DNA of 64,000 bases, from the IMG/VR virus record IMGVR_UViG_3300028380_000482, positions 1 to 64,000 of that record. One strand, 5' to 3'. The position numbers and the translations under genes are program-made. Positions 9,953-18,695 of this stretch are shown one piece after another (within the stretch, counting starts at the first letter, position 1; the number at the start of each line of letters is the position of its first letter). The notes beneath the pieces were generated by a model. The model had not been told where the DNA came from and made no database searches. It saw only the letters and a list, made by a program, of their open reading frames with translations. The DNA comes from a virus (Duplodnaviria > Caudoviricetes).

Positions 9953-10789
9953 ATGGCTAAAGATCAAAAAACCAATTCTCCGGTAGCTACTCCCACAACG
10001 ATTTCAAATCAACTCGACACCTACGTCATCAGCGACACGGCGCAAGTCGAAGACCGGCTCGAAGCGATCCGTGAGACGCTCGGCAACCGCAAAATGACCG
10101 TCTCGGATCTGACAACCCTGAAGGTTCCTTCAGCGGGCTCGCAATTGTGGACTATCCCTAATCCGAACACGGGCGAAGTAGAAGGCAAAAGGACTATCGA
10201 GGGCGTAATTATTCATTCAGACTTAGACCCGCGCCGACTGTACATGACGCCGTTTGAAGCAACCGGCGGCGGGACTCCCCCTGACTGCCGCAGTGACGAT
10301 GGCATTACCGGCGTCGGTATTCCGGGCGGCGTCTGTCATACGTGCATGTACAACGAATGGGGGAGTGACCTGCCTGATAAGCAAGGAAATCCCACAAAGG
10401 GGAAACGCTGCAAGGAGCGAGGTGTGCTGGCGGTCGTCGTCGCGGGAGAAGTCTTCCCCGTGATTGTTCATGTACCGACTGGATCGGTAAACGACGTGCG
10501 GAAGCAACTCAGTGCAATGGTGAAGGACGGGACACGCTATCATCAGCGGCTTGTTACGTTAGGACTGAAACCCGACAAAAACGGCAACGGGCTTGACTAC
10601 AGCCAAATTGATCTGCGGCCAGGTCCCAAACTCTCGCCTGCGGATCTGGCAATCATTGCGCCCTATCGAGACCGCGTCAAGAAAATGATTGAGTTTACTG
10701 GGGCGACCGATACGGCTCTGCTGGCAATAGGAGGGGCAAATAGTGCGCCGCCGGATACTGACCCTGCCTGGCAGGATTCCCGCGAGTAG
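9953..10789 (+). CDS. phage ssDNA-binding/annealing-like protein with Zn motif
   Basis: LKVPSAG..W..IEGVII...PPDCRSDDG...CHTCMYNEWGS...GKRCKE; acidic tail. Confidence 0.65.
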   Translation: MAKDQKTNSPVATPTTISNQLDTYVISDTAQVEDRLEAIRETLGNRKMTVSDLTTLKVPSAGSQLWTIPNPNTGEVEGKRTIEGVIIHSDLDPRRLYMTPFEATGGGTPPDCRSDDGITGVGIPGGVCHTCMYNEWGSDLPDKQGNPTKGKRCKERGVLAVVVAGEVFPVIVHVPTGSVNDVRKQLSAMVKDGTRYHQRLVTLGLKPDKNGNGLDYSQIDLRPGPKLSPADLAIIAPYRDRVKKMIEFTGATDTALLAIGGANSAPPDTDPAWQDSRE

Positions 10790-10809
10790 AGAGATTCGAT
10801 GAACGACCA

Positions 10810-10848
10810 GAGGGGGGAGATGTTCGGGTCTCCCCCCTCTCTTTTTTT
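10810..10848 (+). terminator. intrinsic terminator
   Basis: GAGGGGGGAGA...TCTCCCCCCTC followed by a T-run. Confidence 0.8.
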
Positions 10849-10931
10849 CCGCTTGTTTCTTGTGCGACGATTATAGGTCTGCGGTCAGAGGAGCAGTTGC
10901 ATTTCTTACACGTGCAGGTATACTAGGAAGT

Positions 10932-11129
10932 ATGAAAATTAAATTGCCGCCTCCCCTCACGTGTCTGCGGTGTCAGTATCGATGGGTGCCACGAATAGTT
11001 GAGGTGCGTATCTGTCCACGCTGCAAATCAGCCCAATGGGATCGGCCTAAGAAACCATCGGCTCCTCTCCCCGGCTCTCTCTCGCAGGTTCCCGCCCAAC
11101 CAGCGGAAGTCTCGCAACAAACTTCGTAG
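10932..11129 (+). CDS. small zinc-ribbon protein
   Basis: CLRCQYRWVPR...CPRCKSAQW; TATACT -10 just upstream. Confidence 0.7.
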   Translation: MKIKLPPPLTCLRCQYRWVPRIVEVRICPRCKSAQWDRPKKPSAPLPGSLSQVPAQPAEVSQQTS

Positions 11130-11255
11130 CACACCCCTTAGTAGAGGGGGTAAACAGGAGGACCTAAAGCATGGGGGTATCGAAGCCGTTATCTACGGAG
11201 GTTCGCGCTCGCCTTTTTTCCGCGTGTCCGAAACATAGGAAAACGAGGTGAGCCT

Positions 11256-13220
11256 ATGCAAATAAATACAGAAATGACCGGAGCATTTTTCGACGCGGTC
11301 TTTGGGCTCCACGATCTGCGCGGGGATGACATTTTGCTCTTCTTCATCCATCCCACCTTGAACCGGAGAGAATCTGCTTTTGTCCAGACAAAAGAACAAT
11401 ATCACGAAGCACTCATTCGCTACACGGATTGGAATTCCTACTACGGAATTTGTCTTCGGCCTCACCAAGCGCACCCCAACCCCCATTGGCGAGGCAGTCG
11501 GGCGGATACAACGGGGCTCGTGCTCTTAGGTGTCGATGTCGATGTCGTCAATCCAGCTGCCCATAAATCGCACGCATTGCCTGCGAGCGAGGCGGAAGCC
11601 CTGACATTGATAGCTGCCTACCCACCCGACGTGAAACCCTCGCTCATCGTCAAATCCGGCTACGGGTTGCAGGCATTATGGTTGCTCGAAGAGCCGGAAT
11701 GGTTTGGAGAAGGCAGAGATGGAGGAACCGATCGGGCTGTTGCTGAGTGGGTGATTACCCACGTGTGGGGAGTGGCAGCAAGTGTCGCCATGAGTCGAGG
11801 ATGGAAGCTCGATGGCACCTGTGACCTCCCTCGGGTGTACCGAATACCAGGAACGATCAATTACAAAGATCCAACAAACCCAAGATACGCAAGTTGCGAG
11901 ATTCCTATTCATATCGTTCGCTATGCGAGTCTTGGCGACATCGACCGCCGATTGCCCTACGTCAAAGACATTCCTCCGTTGACTGATGCGATTCGCGGGG
12001 ATGCCCCTCCCCCACGGGGGCGAAGAGATATTCCAGCACATATCAAAGCCCTCTGTGATGCGCTTATTTTACCAGAAGAAACCGCATTCACGCTCCAGAA
12101 GGCAATTGACGCCCTCTGTGAAGCAGATAGCCGGTTTAAGCGAACCTGGGAGAAGAAGCGAACGGATTTTCCCAAGGGCGATTACTCTCCCTCTGGCTAC
12201 GATATGTCCCTCGCGATGCAGTGTTTGTATGCCGGAATGAATGCGCAGGAGGTTGTGAATATCCTCTGCGCCTATCGCCGCAAATATGACTGCAAATTCA
12301 CCTCGCACTACATGCGCTGGACGATGGAAAGCGCGTTACTCTTTTACGAGCAGAAAAAAAGTGGCGATGGGAAGGTAAACAAAGAGGGGCTCGGAGTAGT
12401 AGAAACAAAGCTCGCCATTGAACAAGCGAAAGTGGAACAGACACAAGCAGAAGTAGACGCAGCAATACAGGCAGAAGAACAGAAGCAGGCCGAGAGGGGA
12501 AGTTTGAAAGACGATCCTGAGCTAAAAAAAAGTAAACAACGAGAGTTGCTCGATCAGATTCAAGAATTCTTTGATTTCCCCCCCGATGTCAGAATCACGA
12601 CTTGCAAATATATTCTTTGCGACACCCCCTATTATCAATTCGGGATAGAGAACGGACGTGCTCCGTACCCTCCGATTAAGCTGTACTCCCACGCCTGTGA
12701 TTTCGGGAAAGTCAAGATGCTTTTTACGCCCGCGACACAGGTTCAGCTTCTCGCCAAAGGAAAGACGGCGGGGGTGGTATGGGGCACAATGTATAACCGA
12801 CTCCGTGATCTCTTCGACAAAGAAGAGAAGTCGGAGTTGCGAGCTGAGCAGGACGTATATTTCTCGCTGTGTACGTATCTCGATGTCTGCGGGTGCCCGG
12901 AATTCAAAGAAGAGACTCGCGAGACGTTTTTACGAGCAATGAAACAAAAGCAACCAGTATCGAAAGACGGGGTACTCTATTTTTCGCCAGCACACTATAG
13001 CGCGTGGGCAAAGCAAGATGGGTCGATAATCGGAGGTATCACAAAAGAGAAGATTATAGCCGTACTCGAAGCTCTAGGAGGGAGCGCGAGGGGAACCACC
13101 CTGACGATACGCCTCTCTGAGCAAAAGAAGACGCAGTCAGGATGGTACTGGGCGTTCCCCTGCGATCCGAGAGAAGCCAAATTCAGGAATAACGGCCTCG
13201 ATACTTCTCATGAAGAGTAA
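11256..13220 (+). CDS. RepB'/AEP-type DNA primase with long uncharacterised C-terminal region
   Basis: VDVDV, HKSHALP, PSLIVKSGYGLQALWLL, DLPRVYRIPGTINYK; helical-bundle motif SGYDMSLA. Confidence 0.82.
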   Translation: MQINTEMTGAFFDAVFGLHDLRGDDILLFFIHPTLNRRESAFVQTKEQYHEALIRYTDWNSYYGICLRPHQAHPNPHWRGSRADTTGLVLLGVDVDVVNPAAHKSHALPASEAEALTLIAAYPPDVKPSLIVKSGYGLQALWLLEEPEWFGEGRDGGTDRAVAEWVITHVWGVAASVAMSRGWKLDGTCDLPRVYRIPGTINYKDPTNPRYASCEIPIHIVRYASLGDIDRRLPYVKDIPPLTDAIRGDAPPPRGRRDIPAHIKALCDALILPEETAFTLQKAIDALCEADSRFKRTWEKKRTDFPKGDYSPSGYDMSLAMQCLYAGMNAQEVVNILCAYRRKYDCKFTSHYMRWTMESALLFYEQKKSGDGKVNKEGLGVVETKLAIEQAKVEQTQAEVDAAIQAEEQKQAERGSLKDDPELKKSKQRELLDQIQEFFDFPPDVRITTCKYILCDTPYYQFGIENGRAPYPPIKLYSHACDFGKVKMLFTPATQVQLLAKGKTAGVVWGTMYNRLRDLFDKEEKSELRAEQDVYFSLCTYLDVCGCPEFKEETRETFLRAMKQKQPVSKDGVLYFSPAHYSAWAKQDGSIIGGITKEKIIAVLEALGGSARGTTLTIRLSEQKKTQSGWYWAFPCDPREAKFRNNGLDTSHEE

Positions 13221-13531
13221 AGATGCCACTTTTCTCCCCCTACAGCGCGATTTTTATATAGGTTTAGGATGTTTATTCACAGGTCGTTATTTCCTAAACG
13301 CGGTAACTGTGCGTTTTCAACAGGTTAGGCATGCGTTTAGAAGTTTAGAATGTTTAGGCCACTTTTTCAGGGTACCATGAAATTTAAATAGGTGGTGTGA
13401 AATATTTCGTATAGGGAGAAAAAGTGGGGTGGAAAATCGCGAGCTTTAGTAAAAGTTATTGTGGGCCGAAGACTTGCGGGGATTTTAGGGTTTAACAGCC
13501 AAATCTAATCAACAAACACGAAGGGCATCAC
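13221..13531. other. putative replication origin
   Basis: 311-bp AT-rich gap between primase and helicase; repeated GTTTAG/GTTAGG units; flanking inverted repeat CCACTTTTCTCCC..TA / TAGGGAGAAAAAGTGG. Confidence 0.55.
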
Positions 13532-15178
13532 ATGACAAAAACAGCAAAGGTTGTGGTTATTGAAGGACCTCCGGGGACGGGTAAGACCACAGAGTTAGCC
13601 AAGAGCACGAAGAAAGCCGTTGAGCGGTATCAGGATAGGGGGTGCATGATCGTCGCCTCACTCACGAACGCGGCAGCGCACAATATCGCCGCACGGGATA
13701 CCGGCGGGCTGAATCCCCGCAATGTGGGAACTCTCCACGCGCTGTGTGCCCGGCACATGCCGGGGTTCGTATTGGCAGAGAATCACTTGGATGACTGGAA
13801 CAAGACTCACCCGGATTATCGAATGTCCGGGGTAATGGAGCAAACACAGTCGCCAGAGCAAGACCGGCCTATGGCTATGCCTATCGACGAAGATGATGGA
13901 AAGGAAACGGAAGGTGACATCCTTTTGCAGAAAATGAGCATCCTCTGGCATCAGTGCACACCGGTTGATGCGTGGCCGCAAAACGTACAGACATTTCATA
14001 CTGCCTGGGAGAGGTGGAAAGATAAAAACGGCTATACGGATTTTGACGGGATGATCGCCTTCGGTGCGACGATGGAAGAACCCCCGTTCGGCGCGCGGTT
14101 AGGGCTAGTTGATGAAGCGCAAGACTTGAGTAAGCGGGAGTGGGAGACGTGGCTCCATTGGGCGAGCATGATGGATTATGTAATGGTCGCAGGTGACTCA
14201 TATCAGGGCCTTTATAACTGGCGCGGTGGGGATTCAACGTATGTGGATCACATGGACCCGCCTCCGGTCGAACGTCGGGTTTTGCCGCAAACCTACCGAC
14301 TTCCGATCAAGGTGCAAGAATACTGCGAGACGTGGGCTGAGCAACTGAGTGACCGTACGCCGCGACTGTACGCTCCTAAAGACGAGCCTGGCATGGTGCA
14401 ACGATCACCCGACAATCTCAGGCAAATTCATTACACCTTGGATTTGATAAAAGAAGCACAAGACAAAGACAAAACCCTCATGATTTTAACGGCGTGCAAC
14501 TACCAACTGCGGGGACTGATCCGCCTATTGAAAGACCGAGGCATAGCCTTTGGAAACTCGTGGCGACCTTCACAAGGCGACTGGAATCCGCTGGGAGGTA
14601 AAGGCAAGAAAGGCAGCGTGAGCAGTGTTCAGCGGATGCTCTCATTTCTGGCCCCACGAGAGACGGGGCGACTGACGTGGACGGCAACTGAATTGAAACA
14701 GTGGGCGGCAGTGTGTCCGGTCAGTACTGTATTCAACCGAGGGGCAAAGGCAGCGATTGAGGACTTACCACAGAGTGACGAGCCGGTTGACATGGGAAGA
14801 CTCTCGCAGTGGATCAAGAGCGAGGTTTTAGAGAAGTTTTTGACAGCACCGACCGGGTATATGTTCGTCGAGTACGTGACAGAGGCAAAGAAAAAGCACC
14901 TTGGCTATATCGCCAGAGTAGAGAATAACTACGGCGTGAAAGGGATCACCGAACTGCCGCCGAAGCTAACCACAGGCACAATCCATTCAGTCAAAGGAGG
15001 AGCCTCGGAATGGGTGCTTATTTTTCCAGATATATCTCCCAAAGGCTTCAAACAGTGGATGTCGTGGGGACCAGGCCGGGATGCTGTGATCCGTCAGTTT
15101 TATGTCGGATGCTCCCGCGCCAGCGAGCGCCTCTACCTCGGCTCAGCCTCCACACGCGAGGCAATCTCATGGCTGTGA
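13532..15178 (+). CDS. UvrD/Rep superfamily-1 helicase
   Basis: GPPGTGKTT, TLHAL, VDEAQDLS, AGDSYQGLY, QTYR, TIHSVKGG, YVGCSRA. Confidence 0.93.
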   Translation: MTKTAKVVVIEGPPGTGKTTELAKSTKKAVERYQDRGCMIVASLTNAAAHNIAARDTGGLNPRNVGTLHALCARHMPGFVLAENHLDDWNKTHPDYRMSGVMEQTQSPEQDRPMAMPIDEDDGKETEGDILLQKMSILWHQCTPVDAWPQNVQTFHTAWERWKDKNGYTDFDGMIAFGATMEEPPFGARLGLVDEAQDLSKREWETWLHWASMMDYVMVAGDSYQGLYNWRGGDSTYVDHMDPPPVERRVLPQTYRLPIKVQEYCETWAEQLSDRTPRLYAPKDEPGMVQRSPDNLRQIHYTLDLIKEAQDKDKTLMILTACNYQLRGLIRLLKDRGIAFGNSWRPSQGDWNPLGGKGKKGSVSSVQRMLSFLAPRETGRLTWTATELKQWAAVCPVSTVFNRGAKAAIEDLPQSDEPVDMGRLSQWIKSEVLEKFLTAPTGYMFVEYVTEAKKKHLGYIARVENNYGVKGITELPPKLTTGTIHSVKGGASEWVLIFPDISPKGFKQWMSWGPGRDAVIRQFYVGCSRASERLYLGSASTREAISWL

Positions 15179-15621
15179 GACAAGAGCAGCCCCCCGATGT
15201 GTTGGGATTGACCCAAGGGTTGTTTAACGAAGACACGATCTTGCCGGTGCAATTTGAACTCAGTCGCAAATATACCTGCGAGCAACGGCTCTTGTACGCA
15301 GTTATGCAGGATGCACTCAAAGTTTTTTTCCGCTACCAGCAATCCACCACGTTCAGAGGGCGATCTATCTTCAAGGAAATTGTCACGTGGTTCACCGATA
15401 CGAGATCCTATCGGTACGGGTCCTGTCAGCACGTTTGCGACCATTTGGGGTTTGACTATGAACAGCTCCGGCGCGGGATTCTGAGACTGGTCCCAGAAGA
15501 GTTGCCAATGCCGAAGAAGTGCGTCCGGGGGCGAGGGAGTCAGTATGCGGTCACAGGGACGCGGAACAGGTACGAGCGGCAAGGGAAACGAGTGTCGGGC
15601 TTACAGGGAGGGAGGCTCTAG
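15169..15621 (+). CDS. conserved hypothetical protein (paralog of 1979-2476)
   Basis: EQRLLYAVMQDAL...EIVTWF...SCQHVCDHLGFDYEQLRRGI. Confidence 0.7.
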   Translation: MAVRQEQPPDVLGLTQGLFNEDTILPVQFELSRKYTCEQRLLYAVMQDALKVFFRYQQSTTFRGRSIFKEIVTWFTDTRSYRYGSCQHVCDHLGFDYEQLRRGILRLVPEELPMPKKCVRGRGSQYAVTGTRNRYERQGKRVSGLQGGRL

Positions 15622-15989
15622 TGGGCATTGCAAAAACCTATGTGCTTGAAACGATTGTCCATCAACCGTCAATTTGCTGCCGCCTCTGTGGCCAGCGGTC
15701 CTTCAACGAGAATGACATTCTCAATCGGTACTGCGCTTACTGCAGACGGTTTCACGAGGCGCCGCTGTTTGTCTTCTTTACCGATTCGCCGGATGCTGGC
15801 TCGCCGGATGCTGGCTCGCCGGATTGCCTATGCTCCTTGTGTCGTAAGAGTATTGGTGAGGAAGAGGTGCCCATTCGCATGATAGGCGGCGAGCCGGTAG
15901 TAGAGGCCCGGTTTCATCAGGCGTGCGCGGCAGTGCTCTCCCGGCAGACTACTGTTTCATGGAGTCAGCACGGGAAGGAGAAGAAATGA
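15621..15989 (+). CDS. Cys-rich zinc-finger protein
   Basis: ICCRLCG..SFNENDILNRYCAYCRRFH; CSLC..H..C; 15-bp tandem repeat (SPDAG x2). Confidence 0.65.
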   Translation: MGIAKTYVLETIVHQPSICCRLCGQRSFNENDILNRYCAYCRRFHEAPLFVFFTDSPDAGSPDAGSPDCLCSLCRKSIGEEEVPIRMIGGEPVVEARFHQACAAVLSRQTTVSWSQHGKEKK

Positions 15990-17170
15990 CCGCTACCGAG
16001 TCTCCTACACACATGGATTTGTTCAGCGGTCTTGGCGGCTTTGCTTTGGCGGCTCGTTGGACCAGATGGCAAACCATCGGATTCTCAGAAGTTGACCCCT
16101 ATTGCTGCAAACTGCTGACAAAGAACTTCCCAGGAGTTCCCAACTATGGCGACATCACGAAACTGGATGGCCGAACAATTACCGCTGATCTCATTACCGC
16201 AGGCTGGCCATGTCAGCCCTTCTCCCTTGCCGGAAAGCAACAGGGACAAGATGACGAGCGGTATCTCTGGCCGGAAGTGCTTCGCGTTATTGACGAAGCA
16301 AAGCCCGTTTTTTTCTTGGGTGAAAACGTTCCTGGTCTCATCGGTATGGCACTCGAACGTGTGTGTACTGACTTGGAAAGCCTCGGCTTTGAAGTCCAAC
16401 CGCTTATTATTCCGGCTTGTGCCGTCAATGCGCCCCACAGACGAGATCGAGTTTGGATTATTGCCTACGCCACGAGTCATGCCGGGCAACTTCAGCAGAG
16501 TGAACGGCAAGATTTACGAAACGAGTCTGCAATCTATGGCACGACGAGGACTGCTCCCAACACCGGTAGCCAACGACGACAACAAAACGCCGAGTGCACA
16601 TTTAGCAATGAAAGCCAGAATGAAGGGCGGTCCACGATATACAATTACGAGTCTTCAAGTTCTAGCAAAAGCGGGACTACTGCCGACGCCTCGCGCCACC
16701 GAGGGGAAAGACCCAAAGGGCAAGACTGGCAACCGCACGGAGGAGGCGGCGAACCGAGCGGGGTGGACGCTCTCCGAAATGGCGAAATTGTTACCAACTC
16801 CACGAGCGATTTACGGCGAGCATCCAGGGATGACCTGCCCCAGTCATCTGACTGGGGCAGTACGACTCTTACCGACAGTCAGAGCCAACAAGTGGGGGCT
16901 ACCAGACAGTCATGGCTCAACGGAAGCGTGGGAACAATTGGCGCAGACGGAGATGGGCGGCTCGCTGAACCCGGAGTTCGTGGAATTCATGATGGGCTAC
17001 CCTCCGGGCTGGACGGAATTGCCGGAGGATTTTGGGATAGAGACACAGCAATCCCCCCTCTTGCCGAAGGCGTCAGAGACCGAGTGTCCAGATTGAAGGC
17101 GTTGGGGAATGCCATAGTTCCCCAAGTTGCCGCACAAATTCTGAAAGCGATGAAAGAGGGGATGCGATGA
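15986..17170 (+). CDS. C5 cytosine DNA methyltransferase, alpha chain (motifs I-VIII and X)
   Basis: DLFSGLGG, GWPCQPFS, ENVPG, PHRRDRVWI, C-terminal RLKALGNAIVPQV. Confidence 0.92.
   Translation: MTATESPTHMDLFSGLGGFALAARWTRWQTIGFSEVDPYCCKLLTKNFPGVPNYGDITKLDGRTITADLITAGWPCQPFSLAGKQQGQDDERYLWPEVLRVIDEAKPVFFLGENVPGLIGMALERVCTDLESLGFEVQPLIIPACAVNAPHRRDRVWIIAYATSHAGQLQQSERQDLRNESAIYGTTRTAPNTGSQRRQQNAECTFSNESQNEGRSTIYNYESSSSSKSGTTADASRHRGERPKGQDWQPHGGGGEPSGVDALRNGEIVTNSTSDLRRASRDDLPQSSDWGSTTLTDSQSQQVGATRQSWLNGSVGTIGADGDGRLAEPGVRGIHDGLPSGLDGIAGGFWDRDTAIPPLAEGVRDRVSRLKALGNAIVPQVAAQILKAMKEGMR
16146..17096 (+). CDS. nested +1-frame beta chain of the C5 methyltransferase (repeated TRD-like units and motif IX)
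   Basis: 316-aa ORF inside the MTase gene; five LLPT(P/V) repeats and terminal LNPEFVEFMMGYPPGWT (motif IX-like), which is missing from the main frame. Confidence 0.8.
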   Translation: MATSRNWMAEQLPLISLPQAGHVSPSPLPESNRDKMTSGISGRKCFALLTKQSPFFSWVKTFLVSSVWHSNVCVLTWKASALKSNRLLFRLVPSMRPTDEIEFGLLPTPRVMPGNFSRVNGKIYETSLQSMARRGLLPTPVANDDNKTPSAHLAMKARMKGGPRYTITSLQVLAKAGLLPTPRATEGKDPKGKTGNRTEEAANRAGWTLSEMAKLLPTPRAIYGEHPGMTCPSHLTGAVRLLPTVRANKWGLPDSHGSTEAWEQLAQTEMGGSLNPEFVEFMMGYPPGWTELPEDFGIETQQSPLLPKASETECPD

Positions 17171-17394
17171 CCGCCACAGCGAACAAGCAAGTTCTCTGGT
17201 TGAGCCTGTGCGACCAACTCGCGACCGACGCAAACCAGCGAAAAGACGAAGCCTGGGCAGACAGTGGAGACTCCAAATTTCAGGAGTGGCGGACCATCGA
17301 AAACCAGATTCCCACCGCACGTGATGACGACGCGGTGGGCGAGAAAGAGATGCGGAGTCTGTGCATAAAACTGATGCTTATGTTCCAGGGGTGA
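17167..17394 (+). CDS. hypothetical protein
   Basis: ATGA-coupled ORF. Confidence 0.55.
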   Translation: MTATANKQVLWLSLCDQLATDANQRKDEAWADSGDSKFQEWRTIENQIPTARDDDAVGEKEMRSLCIKLMLMFQG

Positions 17395-17446
17395 CCCACC
17401 ACGCAGAGGTTGACAGGAGTAACAAGTTGTCCTATATTACCAGCCT

Positions 17447-17857
17447 ATGCCGAGCTTGCCGCAATATCTCTTATCGGACGCAGGGCGGCGTCCCATCGCG
17501 AACCTTGTTTTGGAGCGCGACGAGTACGTGTGTCAGTATTGCTTGTTCTATGCGCGGACGGTTGACCATGTCGTCCCGAAGGCGCGGGGCGGCGGCAATA
17601 TCGCCGAGAATCTCGTGGCCGCGTGTCTGGAGTGCAATCGTTTGAAAGGCGATATGCGAGTGGTGGAGTTCGTGTTTACGTATCTCGGTAAAGCTGCTCC
17701 AGTAGTGAACGAAGATCCGCACGCGATCCTCAGGCGAATTGAGAAGCAGACGAGCCGCAGCGTGTGGCGCGATACGGATACGCGGTGGCTTCGGCAATGG
17801 TTACGGAAAGAAGGCTGGCGAGGGACGGACGCTGAGCGAGACGGAATAGATATGTAA
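17447..17857 (+). CDS. HNH endonuclease (McrA-like)
   Basis: RDEYVCQYC..TVDHVVPKARGG...NLVAACLECNRLKG; own promoter TTGACA-17-TATATT at 17410. Confidence 0.88.
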   Translation: MPSLPQYLLSDAGRRPIANLVLERDEYVCQYCLFYARTVDHVVPKARGGGNIAENLVAACLECNRLKGDMRVVEFVFTYLGKAAPVVNEDPHAILRRIEKQTSRSVWRDTDTRWLRQWLRKEGWRGTDAERDGIDM

Positions 17858-17873
17858 CGATAAGGAGAGCACG

Positions 17874-18053
17874 ATGCAACTAAAACGACCGAAAAAAAGC
17901 TTCTTGTTGGGACTAACGATTGGGGTCAGTAGCATGGGGTTGGTATTCTCGTTACGAGACGGGCACTGGTGGATGGTGGCAATGAACGCCGCTGCTCTTA
18001 TGTTAGGAGCACTTCGATTTTCAGGACGACGAATCTCTGTTTCTGCATCTTGA
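17874..18053 (+). CDS. small two-TM membrane protein (59 aa)
   Basis: Own translation MQLKRPKKSFLLGLTIGVSSMGLVFSL...; AAGGAG RBS. Confidence 0.5.
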   Translation: MQLKRPKKSFLLGLTIGVSSMGLVFSLRDGHWWMVAMNAAALMLGALRFSGRRISVSAS

Positions 18054-18063
18054 AACGTACGTC

Positions 18064-18570
18064 ATGCTCCTCATGTTCACCGCTGGTCTCTGCCAACTCC
18101 TCAATCCCGACGGCGCGGCGACGTATGGTTGGAGCGCTCAGGAAGGCCCCAAAGAGATCGCCTGCGGGTGTGACTTCATCGAAGAGGGGCTCGAAGCGAC
18201 CGTGGCAAGAGCAAGCTATCACGCCATTATTCGGGCGACGGCGTGGATCTGGAAAACGGGCCGTAAAGAGGAGCCGGTGATTCTGCATTCCTCCTCACAA
18301 TTGGTAGTCAGTAATTTGAAAGGCGAATGGAGTATCACCGTACCCATTTTTGAGCCGCTACATAGCCAAGCACGGCGCGGATTGGAAGGGTTGACCCACA
18401 ATGACTGCGGCTTAGTCTGGATTCCCAAGGAACGGAATACGCGAGCAATCGAGCTGGCGAATCATGCCTATACCAAGCATACGAAAGAGCATGGCGAGGG
18501 ATGCGCGGGTTTGATTAAACCTCTGGCGCAATCTGGAGGCGGGCTCAGAGCGATGAAGGAATCTTCGTGA
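18064..18570 (+). CDS. RNase HI-fold protein lacking all catalytic carboxylates
   Basis: FTAGLC..NP.G.ATYG, ARASY.AII.A, HSSSQLVV..L.GEW.I, WIPKERNTRAIELA align with RNase HI motifs. Confidence 0.8.
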   Translation: MLLMFTAGLCQLLNPDGAATYGWSAQEGPKEIACGCDFIEEGLEATVARASYHAIIRATAWIWKTGRKEEPVILHSSSQLVVSNLKGEWSITVPIFEPLHSQARRGLEGLTHNDCGLVWIPKERNTRAIELANHAYTKHTKEHGEGCAGLIKPLAQSGGGLRAMKESS

Positions 18571-18599
18571 AACTCAGTGATCTAGTCGAGCAACCCGCA

Positions 18600-18695
18600 C
18601 CGACTCTCTGGGGCCGTAGTTACTTTTGCGCCACCGTGGGCACGGTCAGTGAGAAAACCGTGCGGCACTACATTGAAAGCCAAAAGGGCAAATAG
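18600..18695 (+). pseudogene. tnpA: C-terminal remnant of IS200/IS605 tnpA
   Basis: Translates PTLWGRSYFCATVGTVSEKTVRHYIESQKGK*; the HUH-containing N-terminus is absent. Confidence 0.8.
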
